64,000 nt of DNA from NCBI RefSeq assembly GCF_009914755.1, contig NC_060936.1; one strand, 5' to 3'. The stretch comes from the human T2T-CHM13v2.0 reference genome, Homo sapiens. A model generated the notes under the pieces. The model worked only from the letters and a program-made list of their open reading frames with translations. It was not told the origin of the DNA and did not search any database. Positions 26,038 to 43,296 of the stretch are shown here, one piece after another (positions within the stretch are counted from its first letter, which is position 1; every line of letters starts with the position of its first letter). The translations under genes and the position numbers were made by a program.

Positions 26038-27170
26038 CAGTATTTTCAAGGTATGGTCCAAGGAATCCTGGAGGTCCCCTAGACATTTTTGGCGAGTCTA
26101 CAAGTGCAAAACTATTTTTATAATACTGAGACATTCTTTGCCGTTTTCTTTGTAGTGACATTTGTACCTGTAGTATAAAAACAGTGGTGGATAAAACTTC
26201 TGGCGCTTTAGAATAAACCAGGTTAGAGTACTTCACTGTCCTAGTAATCATTGTATTATTCACTGCCATGCACTCAGATTTTTTTTTAAGTTTCACCTAA
26301 ATGCTCTTGATGAAGAAGTAAAAAAATTTTAAACTAAATCTCTACCTTTGTACACATCTTTAATATACTGTAACAAAATGGGAAGTATGCTTAAAACACT
26401 GGCGAGGCCATGGACAGCAAGCCTCCCAGCACTTTGGGAGGCTAAGTCCAGCTTGGGCAATGTAGTGAGAGCCTGTCTCTCCTATTAAAAAAAAAAAAGT
26501 TAGTGTGGTCATGCACATCTACAGCTACTCTGGAGGCTGAGGTGGAAGGATCTCTTGAGCCCAGGAGTTGGAGGCTGCAGTTAGCTGTGATCGTGCCACT
26601 GCGCTTCAACCTGGGTGACAGAGCAAGACCCTGTCTCGAAAAACAAAACAAAAACACTTGGCAGCATACTGAAATATAATGGTTGTTTCTAGGGAAAGTA
26701 TTTGTGTGATTGAGTCACACGCTGAATCAATCTTCATATAATGCCATTTTTGCTTAAAAGAATGCCAGACTTGGGCATTAGGCTGACATTTTCTTGAAAA
26801 CAGTGAGGCTTTGCTTTAGGGAAAATAGTGGTAGTATTTATGGTCGATGATAAAGTTCCTAGATTTTAAGCAAAAATTTTAGAAAGCTTGTATCAGCTGC
26901 TGTAAGTATATAATGAAATCTGTCATTATTTGATTATCTGCATAACTGAGTCAGTATTTCCAAATGATCAATGCATAGTATTATAAAAATCATACATGGG
27001 TAAGAAATCTTTACAAAGTGTCAGCTAGACCAATGGATTTTAATGTTATAGAGAACATAAAAGTTTATCAATAAGGTATCCTGTTCCATATTGCAACCAA
27101 TTGCTGAGCTTTGGTGTAGTGTCAAAGACCAGTATCCAGATTTATCTGAAAATGCTATTAAAATATTCCC
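26038..27170. mobile_element. Charlie1-like hAT DNA transposon fragment with inserted Alu
   Basis: cagtattttcaaggtatggtccaaggaatcctggaggtccctagacattttt...aaaactatttttataatact resembles the Charlie1 terminus. Confidence 0.65.
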
Positions 27171-27645
27171 AACTGTCTAATGTATTTTGTATTACTTATT
27201 TTTCCATGCTTTGCTCTCAGTGTTTAATGTCTTCTTTGATTTATTTTGTTTATATTTTTGTTGGAAACAGGAATGGGAGCCATAGATAAATGTGAAGCAA
27301 TGTTTTCATGTGCTTTATCTTAAAATCTCCTATTAATATATAATCAGTTTAACTTCTTTGTAGTCTTCTCTGTGCATTCCATTCAACTTTTGGTCTTGGT
27401 AATGGATTAGATAATAGTTATTTTTAAGCCTATTTTTGGTTTTAATATTTGTTTTGTATACCTGACTGCTCATCTATAGACAGAATTCCCTTGTGTCCAA
27501 AGTCTAACATAATCCTTAAGTAGATTTTTAGTAGTTGACTTTCTCAGTTTTAAAATATTTGATAACTTTTCCATAGTAAAGCTGTAAGTTTCAAGTTTAG
27601 TAATGTCTTTTTGACCTGAGAATTTGGTGTGTTGTCTTACCTTAA

Positions 27646-27924
<279 letters not shown>

Positions 27925-30900
27925 TAATTTTTGTAGTTTTAGTAGAGACAGGGTTTCACCATATTGGCCAGGCTGGTCCCGAACTCCTGACCTCAGGTGA
28001 TCCGCCCACCTCGGCCTCCCAAAGTGCTGGGTAGAGCCACTCTGTGGCCTTCTTTTTTATGTTAATTTAAAAACATTTGTAGCAATCCTTGTTAAACTGT
28101 TTTTATAAACTCATGGGATAAGTCCAAATTTTATTTTCCTTTTCTTTTTTTTTTTTTTGAGACAAGGTCTCACTGTCATCTAGGCTTGAGTGCAGTGTCA
28201 CAACCACGACTCACTGAAGTCTCGACCTCCCGGGCTCAGTTGATGCATCTCAGCGTCCCAAGTAGCTGGGACTACAGGCGCATGCCACCACACCCAACTA
28301 ACTTTTGTAGAGACAGGGTTTTGCCATGTTGCCCAGGCTGGTGTCAAACTCCTTGGCCTAATCGGTTCTTCCACCTCAGTCCTCCAAAGTGCTGGGATTA
28401 CAGGAGTGAGCCACCGCACCGGTCTGGTTCCACATTTTAAAGGATTTTTAGACTGTGTTTGGATCGAGTAATCAGTTTCAGATTAGGAGAGTGTTAAGAA
28501 AGATAGTTAAGTTACAGTTTGTATTGTGCACAGTTTCTTGGAAATTTAGTGCCAGTTATTTCCCTAGAGAGATTAAAATGGAGAGAAAAGATAATTCAGT
28601 CTGAACACCAGTGTTGCAAAGAACAAAGTTGACACCAGAGGAAGAAAAAGGTTTAGGGAAGGAATACATGTGAAAATGCTAACTTCAGGGTAGCTTCAGG
28701 GATTAAGCATTATAGAACTCCTGCCTGCATGTGCTAATCCCATAGAGAGCAAGGGAATTTAACAGGAAGCTTTAGTGCTCCCTATATTAAATAATTAACT
28801 GGTCTGCTGTTCTAGCAATTCTGAATTAGGGAACATACTGAGATCGTATTTTATGTCCAGGACATCCAAATTAGTCACAAGGTTGTCACTGACTATTATT
28901 TATAGAGTTTTAGTTGCTAGTTGAAAATATTGCATTAAATCCTTCTATTTTAGCTTGTTTATACTTGTGTTTTTTTCTTCCAGGAGCTCTCAACTTAATC
29001 ATCCTTCAGCAAAAAAGAATTAAGACTAGGTTTGCAAGCTTTTAAGGACAGAAAAAGCATTTATAACATTTCTCTGTTTAGATGAAAGTGATGATGGTTA
29101 ATGATGGTGATAATAGGCAATGAAGAGGTGAAAGGGCAGGAAGTAGAGCAGAAAAGAGAGTGAGGATGGTGATTAAGAGGTTCTTGTTAAGTGCAGGACT
29201 ACTGTTAAAAGCAATTCACTTCACAGTTCTGGTCAACAGGAATGATAAACTCAACATTGAAAAACACTTGTGATGCTTTAGTGGTTGATACATCTTACCC
29301 ATCAGAAGGTCCTATGTAGAGGATAAACTGGCATTATATTTGAGTTAGAGATTATAGTCTTAAAATTTCATCACTAAGCAGTTTGACTGGAGAGCCTTTG
29401 ACTAGTTCTGCTTCCCAGCAGTCCCTTGTGTACTTTTCTCTGGACCTTCAGGTACTCAAATTAGACCTTTATTTCATTGTCCTCATATGTTTTTTTAGCT
29501 CATTCCATTGGGTGTGAAATCAAATCTGAGAACTCAGGTATTTGTTTTAAGTAGTTAGACCTTTTATTGTACTCTGTTGTCTTAAAAAGCATGGTTTAGT
29601 GGTGGTAACATTGACCTAGGTGACAGGCTTCAGTTTAGTTTCTGGCACTGGTCATGAAACTTTGAACAAGTTAACTCCTCTCTTAGGACCTTATCTTTAT
29701 GTAGAGAAAGTTGGACTAAATGGCTGTTAAGGTCTTTTCGGGCTTTCAAATGCTGTGTTTCTGTAATACCACCCTTGTTTAAGCCACAGTCATCTCTTGT
29801 CTGGACTCACAGGAGCTTCCTAACTTGTTTTCATTTTTGTCCTTCCCCACATTATTTTCTACCCAGAATACAAAGTGACCTTTTTAAAAATGTAAATCAG
29901 ATCATGTAATACCCTCCGGTCCCAATTTACCCTTAAGAACCAGTTCCTTATCAAGGCCTAGAAGGTACTGCATAATCCAGTTCTTGCTTACTTCACAACT
30001 TTATCCCCATTACTCACTAAGCTCTAGCCAGCTGTACTTCTTTCTGTGACAATCTTTTGCCAGCCCTCTGCAATTCTGCCTCAGTCTCAACAGTGGATCT
30101 CAGTTCAGATGTCACATTTACAGAGTTTTTTCCTGATCACCTTATATAAAGGAGCATTCCTCTTCATTACCTCTGTAGTTCTTAATCATAATCAATAATT
30201 ATATTTATCCATTTGTTTGCCTCTCATCCCCTCTAAACTGTTTCAGGACAGGAAGATCATGTTACTTTTCCACCACTATCTCAAATGGTTAGCCCAATAA
30301 CTGCCTAGTGCTCAAGAGAATTATTTTAGTTAGAAAAATACATAAAGTATGTAACGGTTTGTCCATATCAATTCCCATAATAAGCTACTCCTTAAACTGG
30401 TTTTTTTCTTCACTCTTTTGGTAGTGGCCTGGTCTCATAATCTTGCCCAGGCTAGTCTGGAACTACTGGGCTCAAGGATCTTCCTGCCTCAGACTCCCAA
30501 AGTGCTGGGATTTACAGGCGTGAGCCACCACACCCAGCCTTAAACTAATTTTTAAAGTTTTATATCTATGTCCAACTATAATTCCTCATTTTTTATTTAG
30601 GTCATCTGTCTCTTGAGGACTATTTGATCTGATTGCATGTTATTGAAAGCTAATTGTTCTTAGTTACTATATGTTAGGATTAAATTGAGTAATTTTGCAC
30701 AAAAGGTTTTTAGCAAAGACATGAAAAGTTAACCAGTATAAAACTGTTAGCAGTTCAGAATATCCAAATGAGTGATATAAATGAGTGCTTATTAGAGTCA
30801 AAGGAAGAAGTGAAACCCTTAGGATCTAGTAGTTAGAAAAGACAGTAAAAATAAGGTAGAATCTGCATATTAAAGGAGTTTTAGATTAACAGTGAATTAC

Positions 30901-30979
30901 AGTGAGCAGTACTACAGAACTACAGAAATTGAAGTAAATTCAAGAGTGTTTTGCCCTGGTAGATGTTTGTAAAATTGAT

Positions 30980-31265
30980 TATAGGGCCATAATCCCTTAT
31001 CTATATATAACCTTTGGTGCCAGGTATTTTTGGATTTCAGAATTTTGAGGAAAGATTTGTTTTAGATTTTGGTAAGAGTAATCAAACACAATATTAATGT
31101 GGAACATGGATAGTCACATTAAGTGAGAGAAATAAAAGATAAAAATAGTCTCCCATCAGTGCTCAGGTGAAGTTTTGCCATTATATATTAGGATTAAGCT
31201 TTGCCACCAACATAGTTATAGAACTTTGAGTTTTCAGAGATTTTAGGATTTCAGAATTTCTATAA
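30980..31265. mobile_element. MER46C-like Tigger MITE
   Basis: aatcccttatct...tggtgccaggtattttggatttcagaatttt terminus. Confidence 0.5.
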
Positions 31266-31396
31266 GAAGTCGGTTTCAGGCTGGGTGTAGTGGCTCACGC
31301 CTGTAATCCCAGCACTTTAGAAGGCCAAGGTGGGTGGATCACGAGGTCAGGAGATCGAGACCATCCTGGCTAACACGGTGAAACCCATCTCTACTA

Positions 31397-31618
<222 letters not shown>

Positions 31619-33239
31619 TTATTCATTACTGTTTGGAGAAGATACCAGGGTCTGAAAATGTTACTTTGAAGCAATTAGCTTTAGAAACCCTCTTTGCCAA
31701 GGAATTGTTTGACCCTGACTCAGGATGGAATGCAGTGCTGAGGGTGATGAGTCTTTAGGGTATGGGAGAATCACCTCATTCTATAATTGCAGAGTCCAGT
31801 TAAATTTGGAAATAGTTAAGATTGGTGCCTAACAAACACTAACATTTTTTTAAATGTTTAAATATTGAGAGCTCATAACTACAGTTTCATCTTGGTGATT
31901 TTTTTAGTCTTATAAGGTATTAGGCAGTTTGTTTCCTAATAATGTTTTTAAGAATTATTTGATACATTTAATTGTAAGAATACAATAGATTAGAATAGGA
32001 ATATTATAAATAGGACTAATGTAATCCTCATTTAAAAATCCTCAGACCAGACACGGTGGCTCACGTCTGTAATCCCAGCACTTTGGGAGGCCAAGGCAGG
32101 CAGAGCACTTTGGGAGGCCAGGGCGGGCGGATCACTTGAGGCCAGAAGTTCGAGACCAGTCTGGCCAACATGGTGAAACCCCATCTTTACTAAAAATATG
32201 AAAATTAGCCAGGCATGGTGGTGTGTTCCTGTAGTCCCAGCTACTCGGGAGGCTGAGCAGGAGAATCGCTGGAACCTGGCAGGCAGAACTTGCAGTGAGC
32301 TGAGATCGTGCCACTGCACTCCAGCCTAGGCGACAGAGTGAGACTCCGTCTCAAACAACAACAACAACAAAAGCTCCTCGATGGAACCATTTGATAGTGA
32401 CAAGGATTGAAGTAAGTATCTGAAGAGGCTACTTAGAAACTCAGAATTGGTTACAGGAAGTGACTGCCCACTTTCCATGTGTTCTTCAGATGCTCTGGTT
32501 ATTCTAACAGCCTAGTTAACCACCCAGACTTTGGTTCTCATTGCCTTTATCCATTTGTTTGGTGTATATACTAATGTTCAACGATGCACACATAATGCAT
32601 GTGATGTTTTTTGGATACCGTCTTATCACTTGTAGAATTGCCATGATAGGCATTTTTTGGAGCTACTTTAAGTACTTGCTGGCCTAGTAATTATGCAAGT
32701 AAGTAATTAAGTGTTTATTCATATGTGAAAGCCCAATGTAAGCATTATTTATGTCTTTCAGTGAAGTGTGGTGTGCCTTTCATTTTTCTGAGTGGTCTTT
32801 ATTTTATGGAATATTAAATGGATCTTTGAATAAACTCAAGAGGGTAGATTATAAAAGGAAGAACTGTTAAATTAGTCAAAAACAACTTTATAACACAATT
32901 AGCTGCATAAGCCAGTGCGTGCGTAAGCAGGTAGTATAAATGCTTAGGTTGAGATACTAAAATTATTATTAGAGAAAATTACAGGAAGTACCTATGCTCC
33001 CACTATGTTTTGTTACTTGGTTAATTTTTCTCCTCTGAACTTCTGGCAGGTTTACTGGGGAATTTTCCATTAGGAATATTCTGGTCCTTAAGTTTCATTT
33101 TGAATGTATAATATAATCATGCAGATTACGAACCCACAATCTAAAATCAAGGCATTCTTTTTTAAAGTTTCAGATGAGGCTGGGTGTGGGGCTCATGCCT
33201 GTAATCCCAACACTTTGGGAGGCCGAGGCGGGTGGATCA

Positions 33240-33476
<237 letters not shown>

Positions 33477-34318
33477 TCAGGTGTATTCAGGAGTGGTCAT
33501 ATTAAGCTTGTCACCTGATCCTGGTTATGAGGTTAACAGCAAAATGAAATAAAATATTTTTCTGAGCCATTTGTTTCTCCTCTCATGGAAGACACTAATT
33601 CTGTTTATTTCTATATTCGGCCTTGTGTTGAAACAGACTGTAAAATCATGTTTTAAAAAAGCTTCACCCATCCTTGTGGAGGGTGGTGGTTTGCAAAAGC
33701 ACCACCCCACTTAAGCATTTATATTGAGAAGATATTTATGGCATTCTTCCATTCATGAAAATGGGTATGCTTTGTTCTGGAGTTCTTACCTTGATTTATC
33801 TACTAACACTAAAGTTCCTCACTTCCAATTTCTTATACCTCTAACCCAACAGCTTATAAACTGCATGTAGTATAGTATTTGCTTGAAATATGTGAAAGTA
33901 GTTATTTTCCCTAACTAATAGGGATATTTCTGTGGTGGTTGTAGTTACTTTGCAACCTGTTCAGCAAATATTATAGGGCGTTTTTGATGGTATCTTTAAA
34001 TTTTGGACATAGAGAACCATCTTGGATAACCTCTTTCCCCCCAGTCTCAGTCATCCCTTTGGAGGTAGTGTCTCATTTTTAATCTGTGACTTGTGGAAGT
34101 TAAGGCATTTGAGTAGCTTATTTAAAGTATTAATAATCTGATTTCTGGAGATCTGAGGAATAGCAGACACCCTTTTCTGTATTAAATTGGGGAAATTTAT
34201 TTTATAGGCAAAAAGATGAATAAAATGGTCCTAGTAGACAGCCCCTAATATTTCTGGTCTCGGGTAAAGGTCTTAAGGAAGAGGGAAGGTAGTATCAGAA
34301 TTTTCCAGGGTGTTTTTT

Positions 34319-34913
<595 letters not shown>

Positions 34914-36335
34914 CAGGGTGTTTTTTAAAACACACAAATATACCCAATCCCTACTAGAATGAGAGATTTTACTAATAATAGTGTTAGGAGTATAAATGGT
35001 TTGGTAGCCAACCACTACTTTAAAATTGATTAGGTCTCCCGGGCTTCTGGGCCTTCACATTTAAATTTGACCTGACCTTGAAACTTCACCTCTCGTTATT
35101 CCCAGCGTGACTTTTGTTTTACCCACTTTTCGAAATACCCCATGTGTAGCTCCTTACTTCACGTCATGCTGGAATGTGACCCATACCAGCCAAACTACAT
35201 CTAACAGAAACATAATACCTAACTAAAAGCGTCTTTTATCATATAGATAGATGTACAGGGTATGTTAATTTATCTTTAGAGAGACTCCCCAGTATACTGA
35301 AAAAACAGACCTAAGTTTTGGTAGATAGCCTTGCTTTATAGAAAATGAAAATGGGCCAGACAGTGGTGACTCATTCCTGAAATCCCAACACTTTGGGAGG
35401 CCAAGGCAGGAGGATCACTTTTGAGGCCAGGAGTTTGAGACCAGCCTGGGCAACATAGCAAGACCCTGTATCTGCAAAAAATTAAAAAAAAAAAATTTAA
35501 TCAGGCATGCAGCACACGCCTATAGTCCAGTTACTCAGGATGTTGAGGTGGGTAGATCGCTTGAGCCCAGGAGTTGAGGCTGTAGTGAGCTATGATTGCA
35601 CCTCTGCACTCTAGCCTGGGTAACAGAATGAGACCCTGTCTCTTAAAAAGAAGGAAATGAAGATGCCAGATACTAGCTTTTCCAGCCTCCCTTGCAGCTA
35701 GGGCACAAGTACTTGACCTAGGCCCCACAAAATTACATGTACTTTAACTTGAGATGGAAGAGATGATAAATTTCTGATAGATTTCTCTTCTCCTCTTGGT
35801 TGATGTACACCACAAATCAGTTTTCTGCTGCAGAAACAACTGATACAAACTGAAGCATCTACTGTTAGTGATGTGACAGCAGTTTCCTCACCTGGCCAGT
35901 TTTGTAATACGGTTTCGGGTGTTTGTGGCTATGTTAGCTTCCAACTTCATTCTCTAGTTTTCCACAGTAATTTTGTAAGTTGCTTGGTATTTTTTAATGA
36001 CTTATTTTTATATGTAAATGTGATTTGTATAACTTCCAACAGGAAACCTTGTCCAATGCGTGATTTTAGAAAATTTAGCAAAAACTTTTCAAAGGGATAT
36101 TTATGTGAAGAAAATGAGTGGTATCCTTGTGAGAGAAAAGTACAAGAATGAGACTGGGGCAAACTGCTTTTCCAGAAATAAAGAGGCCCTGATGGTGTCA
36201 CTTTTGGTAGATCCAAGCTTTTCATGAATATTGAAGCTCTGGATGCCTTGTTCAGTAGTTTCATAAGCAAAAATCCAAAAGTGTAGAAAGAGTTTTAATT
36301 GAAATTAAATAAAATCAAAATTTTAGTTTTACAGT

Positions 36336-36443
36336 TACACTAACCACATTTTAAGTCCTTGATAGTCATCTGTGGCTAGTGGCTACTATACTGGACAGTC
36401 CAGATAGAACACTATCATTACAGGAAGCTCTATTGGACAGCAC
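36336..36443. mobile_element. MER3-like hAT fragment
   Basis: gtggctagtggctactatactggacag...ggaagctctattggacagcact. Confidence 0.65.
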
Positions 36444-37756
36444 TAGTCTGGATTCTAATCCTAAATCTACAGTCTTGTGGTTCTGCAACCTCAGGTAAGT
36501 AATCTGAATCACAAATCCTTTATCTCTTTTTATTTATTTATTTATCTTCTATCTGTCTGTCTGTCTGTCTCTGTCTATTTTGAGACAAGTCTCACTCTGT
36601 TGCCCAGGCTGGAGTGCAGTGGTGCAGTCACAACTCACCTCAGCCTCCTGAGTAGCTAGGGCCACAGGCATGCACCACCATGCCCAGGTAATTTTTTGTA
36701 GAGACAAGGTTTCACAATGTTTCCCAGTCTGGTATCGAACTCCTGAGCTCAAGCCATCTACCTACCCCAGCCTCTCAAAGTGCTAGGATTACAGGCGTGA
36801 GCCCTTGTGCCCAGCCAAATCCTTTATCTAAAGACAGTACCTTATTTTCATTGTTGCTCTGAAGATTGAAATTTAATATATGGAAGGACATGGTAAGAGC
36901 TTTAAAAGCACCATACAGACATGTCAGTGTTCAGATTAGAAATATATTTATTGGTTAACAAAGGATTTTTCTAAAATAATCTGAAGAGAAACTTCAGAAC
37001 CTCAGTGGCATGAATACTTTGATGTTAGACCGTGTGTATTTTAACCACTTGAAGAATCTAAATGCACAAAATTAACAGATTAGATTTTCATTTTAAATGT
37101 GAAATATATTTTACCCAAGCTGTCCTTTTCAATTTTATCTATAAATCTTAAAGTTTTTATATGTACTGGGGGCTTACCTTCTTGCTGTAGGTTCCCTTTA
37201 TATATACTGTTTTATCATCCTCATGAATGATCTTAAACAACTCAATCTGTTAACTAAGTGAATAATGTACCTGTCACATAGAGGTATTGAATGAATGTTA
37301 TAAATATGATAGCTATCTATGCCAGAAATCGTTGGTTTTGGTAGACAGACTTCAGCATTCAGCACGATCATTCTCAGTAATTCTTTATAGGTGTTTTGAT
37401 TTGTTTTGAGGGGGTTGTTTGGCATATATTTTGCAACTAATTAATTCATTTTTGTAAAACCATCAGACAACAGTGCTAGATGTTTAAAATATTCTACAGC
37501 AGAAATTTTCAAATGTTTTTGGAATCATTAATACAACCCTGTCTCTCCTTCACTTAAACCACAGTAGCCATTGGTAATTGAGAACTAGATTCTTTCCCTT
37601 TGAGTCCTAGTTGATCTCAAAAATCATTCTCAACACTGCACTTAGCTACAGGTAGCTGTTAATATTTTGAGTTGATGACTAAGCTGAAACCCATTTGCCA
37701 CCTGTGAGTTAATGGGCAAGGTCTATCCTTGTCTCTTCCAGGCTCTAGCCTATAGT

Positions 37757-38023
37757 GCAAGTGTTGGCAAACTTTTTCTGTAAAGGACCTGATAACTATT
37801 TTAAGCCTTGTTAACCATACAGTCTCTTATCACAACCATTCACCTCTGCTATTGTAGCCTGAAGCCAGCTGTGGACAAGACACAACAAATGAACTATGTT
37901 CCATTAAAACTTTATGAGTGTGACTGTGTTCCAACAAAATTTTATTTACCAAAAAAAACAAAAACAAAAAAACAGGGAGCAAATGGGATTTGGCCTGGGA
38001 GTTCTAGTTGGCCAACCTCCCCT
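37757..38023. mobile_element. MER58A
   Basis: gtgttggcaaactttttctgtaaaggacc ... gtagtttg-like end ctagttggccaacctccc. Confidence 0.75.
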
Positions 38024-41000
38024 CTAGGGCAAGAAACTGGTTTTGATTCATTCAACAAATAATTAGGTGTCTTCCATATTCCAGGCACTGTGTTAAGTTT
38101 TGATTATATAGCAATAATCATTACACGTAGGCCCCAGGTCATGAGGTATTTAACCCTTAACTGAGTATGGTTTTGGGGCTTTTTGCTTTTTTGGTTTTGG
38201 GGTCTTTTTTGTTTTTGTTTTTTTGTTTTTTTCAAGGCAGGTTCTCACTCTGTCACCCAGGCTAGAGTGAAGTGGCGCTGTCACAGCTCACTGCAACCTC
38301 AACCTCCCCAGGCTCAGGTGATCCTTTCACCTCCCATCCTCCCGGGTAGGTGGAACTACAGGCGCAGGCCACCACGCCTGGCTAATTTTGTGTATTTTTT
38401 TGTAGGGGTGGGGTTTCGCCTTGTTGCCCAAGGATTACAGGTGTCAACCACCGCATCCAGCCTGAATTTGTTTTTTTTTTCATGTACTTTGGCAGATTCG
38501 AAGTACTTTTTTGAGGGAAAAATGGAGTCTGCCCCATACATCTGCTTTATTTGTTAATACATGTGAGGTTGTAGGCAAATACCCTAAGTGCTATGTTCTG
38601 TGATAGTGGTATAACTAAATGTAACTTCAATGTGCCTTAGATATTAGATGCCATGGTATCAAAATTAATATCCTGTTATAAAAAATAGGGAAGCAAAAAT
38701 GTTTGCATATGATACCTACCCTGGCTGCACATAGCAGATACTTAATATCCATATAATATTGAATAAAGCTGAAATTACCAGTTTCTTAACTATCCTTATG
38801 TCACTTTCTTGCAGTTTCTTCCATTTGGTATGCTATTTCTGACCTCATTTTTTGTTTTTCGCCAAAAAATTACCACATATTACTCATATTTTAATGAAAT
38901 GCTTACCATGCCTAGATGTATTGTTCAGCCTTCTACTGTTAGAACTTCTTTCGTTAATTTAAAAGTATCTTTAGTTTTCTCAGTATTCATGTTTATCTTC
39001 AAAATGTCTATTGTTGTTGCTTATTAAATGAGTCAGAGCTCTTCACTGATACTCAGAGATCTCCTTAATCTTAACTGAAGATTACTGCTATTTTTATTTT
39101 CCTATTCCTTTGTGCCCTGTGAGCCAGTCAGACTGCTTTTTCCGCTATAGTCTAATTAATGTTCCCATGTTATGCTGCCTTTTGTGCCTTTGCTCTCACT
39201 TTTCTTATCCCTGGTATGTTCTTTCCTGTTGAAATATTGTAACTTTTTTTTTTGCCACCCTCTTCATAAATCTGATCTCTCCTTCTGAACTCCCATAGTA
39301 TTTTGTACATCTCATGATATTTTTCATATTTTTATGTCTCCATCTTTTCCTACAAAATTGTAAGCTTTTTGAGAGCAGGTATGTTTTGTCCATCTTTCAG
39401 AATATGAAATAAGAAGCAAATTCCTGTCAGAACATATTCCACCTAAAATGGCCAACCATTCTTGTTTTCCCAGGATGGAGAGTTTCCTCAGACATGAGAC
39501 TTTCCGTGCTTAAACCTGGACCGTTGGTCACTCTGATTCCACTTCATGATGTAGCCATCTTTTTTGCATATCAGTGCTTTACTGCAGGTTTTTTTTTTCT
39601 TTTTCTTTTTAAAGAATAAACACATAAAATGAACATGAAGGAAACAGTTTTTTGGGTTTTGGATTTGTTTTTTTTTTTTTTTGTTTTGTTTTTTTTTTCC
39701 AGACTGTTTGGCTGTCACCCAGGCTGGAATGCAGCCACGGTCTCAGCTCACTGCAACCTCCGCCTCCCAGGTTCAATTCTTGGGCCTCAGTCTCCTGAGT
39801 AGCTGGGACTACAGGTGTGTGTGAACATACCCGGCTAACTTTTGTATTTTTATTAGAGACAGGGTTTTGCCATGTTGGCCAGGCTGGTCTCAAACTCCTG
39901 GCCTCAAGTGATCCTCCTGCCTCAGCCTCCCAATGTGTTAGGATTACAGGCATGAGCCACTATGCCCAGCCAAACAAAAATTTTTTTTAATTAACAAAGC
40001 AAAATTACTTGTGCCTTTTAAGCAAATGTTTGGAAGATTATACTCATATGTAGAAATGTAAAGATCAGATTCAGATGATAAAAAAGGCCAAAATGTGGGA
40101 AAATTTTGACTAAAGTTGAAAAAGAATGATGTCCTTTTCACAAGCAGAGGGACTCTTCAGTAGGTTTGGTTTATGGTTAGTAGACACAGTTTTTTTTTAG
40201 AGTAGACCCTGTAAAAGAATGTGGAGTAAATGGTGGCAGTGGTTTGACCACAACAGTGGTGTCTATTGCTAGAGAAATTAAAAATAAGATATAAGATACT
40301 TAACTCTCCTTTTTACAAAAGGCTTCAGATAAAGAGGAAATGGGAGCAAATCCAGAGATTATAGGCACTGTATGGGCTAATGATTTTTTTAGAGATGATG
40401 CCTCACTATGTTGTCTAGGCTGGTCTGGAACTCCTGGCCCCAAGCAGTCCTCCCACTCAAGCAAGACTGAAGTAACTGGGACTATAGATGTGAGCTATCA
40501 TGCCCAGTTGGCAGGCGATTTTTATATGTTATGGTTTATTGTACAATACAAGCTATTCACTGCGTGTTTTATTGTGAGAAGCTCACTAAGTTAGAAAGGT
40601 TTTCAGTTTTGTGCAGTATTTTTTTCTGTTCCTATTTCTATTTCTCATAAGCTGGGAAAAACATCATCAGAGTTCATTGGGTGACATCTTACATCTAAAA
40701 CCTTAAAACTAAGTTGAGATTTATTATCACAAAATAAATTCCCCCATACCTCCACTGAACCCCCCACCACCCATGACTTGATGACTTCAATCATACTCAT
40801 CCCGTTCCCCAGAGCGCCCTCACTTTCCAAGTGAACTCCCCTATTCCCTAATGATTTATATATCCACTGGTCTGGTTTAAGTATCCACTTAGGAAGCCTT
40901 GCCTGGTAGTTCTTTATAGATAGACAATTGTTCTCTTCTCTGCATCCACAGCAAGCACTTTATTCTGTAGACCCTGCTTCATTGTGAGCTAACACAGCGC

Positions 41001-41297
41001 AAACACTGTGAACATTTTAATTTATAAAACAGAGTGTCTTCTGGGCTTTAATATGTAGTTGTCACATTTGCTTTTCCTCAGATTTCTGGGCCACATAACC
41101 TCTGTCACAGTTAAAACTAATATCTCGGCTGGGTGCGGTGGCTCAAGCCTGTAATCCCAGCACTTTGGGAGGCCGAGGCAGGCGGCTCTTGAGGTCAAGA
41201 GTTTGAGACCAGCCTGGCCAATGTGGTGAAACCCCGTCTCTACTAAAAAATACAAAAATTAGCCAGGCATGGTGGCGTGTGCTCGTAGTCCCAGCTA

Positions 41298-41649
<352 letters not shown>

Positions 41650-42840
41650 CTATTAAAATAATATGCTATTGAAGTCCTTTAGGTGTCTTAAGCACTATAA
41701 ACACCTAGATAGATATAATTTTAAAAAATAGCAAATTAACATTTACTGGCTACTTCCTATGTGTTACTCATTGTGCTACACATTTTGCATAGGGTAAGTT
41801 ATTTCATTTGAATCTTTAAGAACTGTAAGAAGTAGATACTTTTATTTCCATTTTCAAATGAGGAAATGAGACACAGTTTAAAATAACGAGACCAAAGCCA
41901 CTCAAGTAGAACTGATTCCAACCCAGACAATGGGATCTAAAGCCTATACTGAGTCAGTATGCATCCCTGTAGATTTTACTGCTAGTTCAGATGACAGGGA
42001 AAAAAGGACATTTTTTTAAGTCACATCTAGAGAATTGGGAGCAGGGAGGAGTTCTACACAAATACAGCCTATTTGGAAAGATCTGATAGAAACTAATAAG
42101 GTGATCTTGAGCCTATATTATTATTTTTTTTTTTACCTGTTTTTGAATTGTTGGTCTCTCCTTTTTTAAAAAATCACTTAACTATTTTGCTTATCTCTTG
42201 ACTCGGCTGAGAAATCTATTAAACTGGTTCTTCTGCATTTGTCAGATTGTTGATAAATTGTTACCCTCTATTCTGTATTCTACCATACATGATCAAATAC
42301 TGAACTGAAAAGGTAACTATAGAAATAAAGCTGGAAAAGCTAACCTTACGTTGCATGTCAAATTATATGTTGTTGAATATTTCAGGGAGAAAGTTGGTGT
42401 GATTAATTGAAAAAACTTGATTTACTAGCAGTATTAATCCATGAAAAGGGCAAGGGAATTTTTTTCTTTCTTGAGGTATTATAAATATGATCAGAATAGA
42501 GAAAATGCTATACACAGTTTGATAATCTACAAATTTTGCACTTTCTAGATTTAGAAATCTTGTTCACAGGAGATCTTTCTTGGCAGAATGAGTAAGATTG
42601 GAAACATTTTCCATGTGTCCTCATTATGAGAGAGGCAGACAACTCAAAGTAAATATGATAAGCAGTCTTCATTTTAGCAGCTTTCTATTTATTTTATAGT
42701 TCCTTGTTAGAAGTTTTATTTTTAAAAGAGGGTAGGAGAGGCAGTGTTTGGGCCCCTTATTTTTTCCTTCAAAAAGAATTTTTAAAGTCTGTCATTGTGT
42801 TAAACAGATTCATAACAGGTCCTTCTGACAGTTGAATTAG

Positions 42841-43296
<456 letters not shown>

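Noticed and set aside
35155-35170. CRE-like tgacgtga (minus strand) ~250 bp upstream of the SNORA70 retrocopy as its promoter
   Set aside because: A single imperfect 8-mer with no other promoter features; expected by chance.
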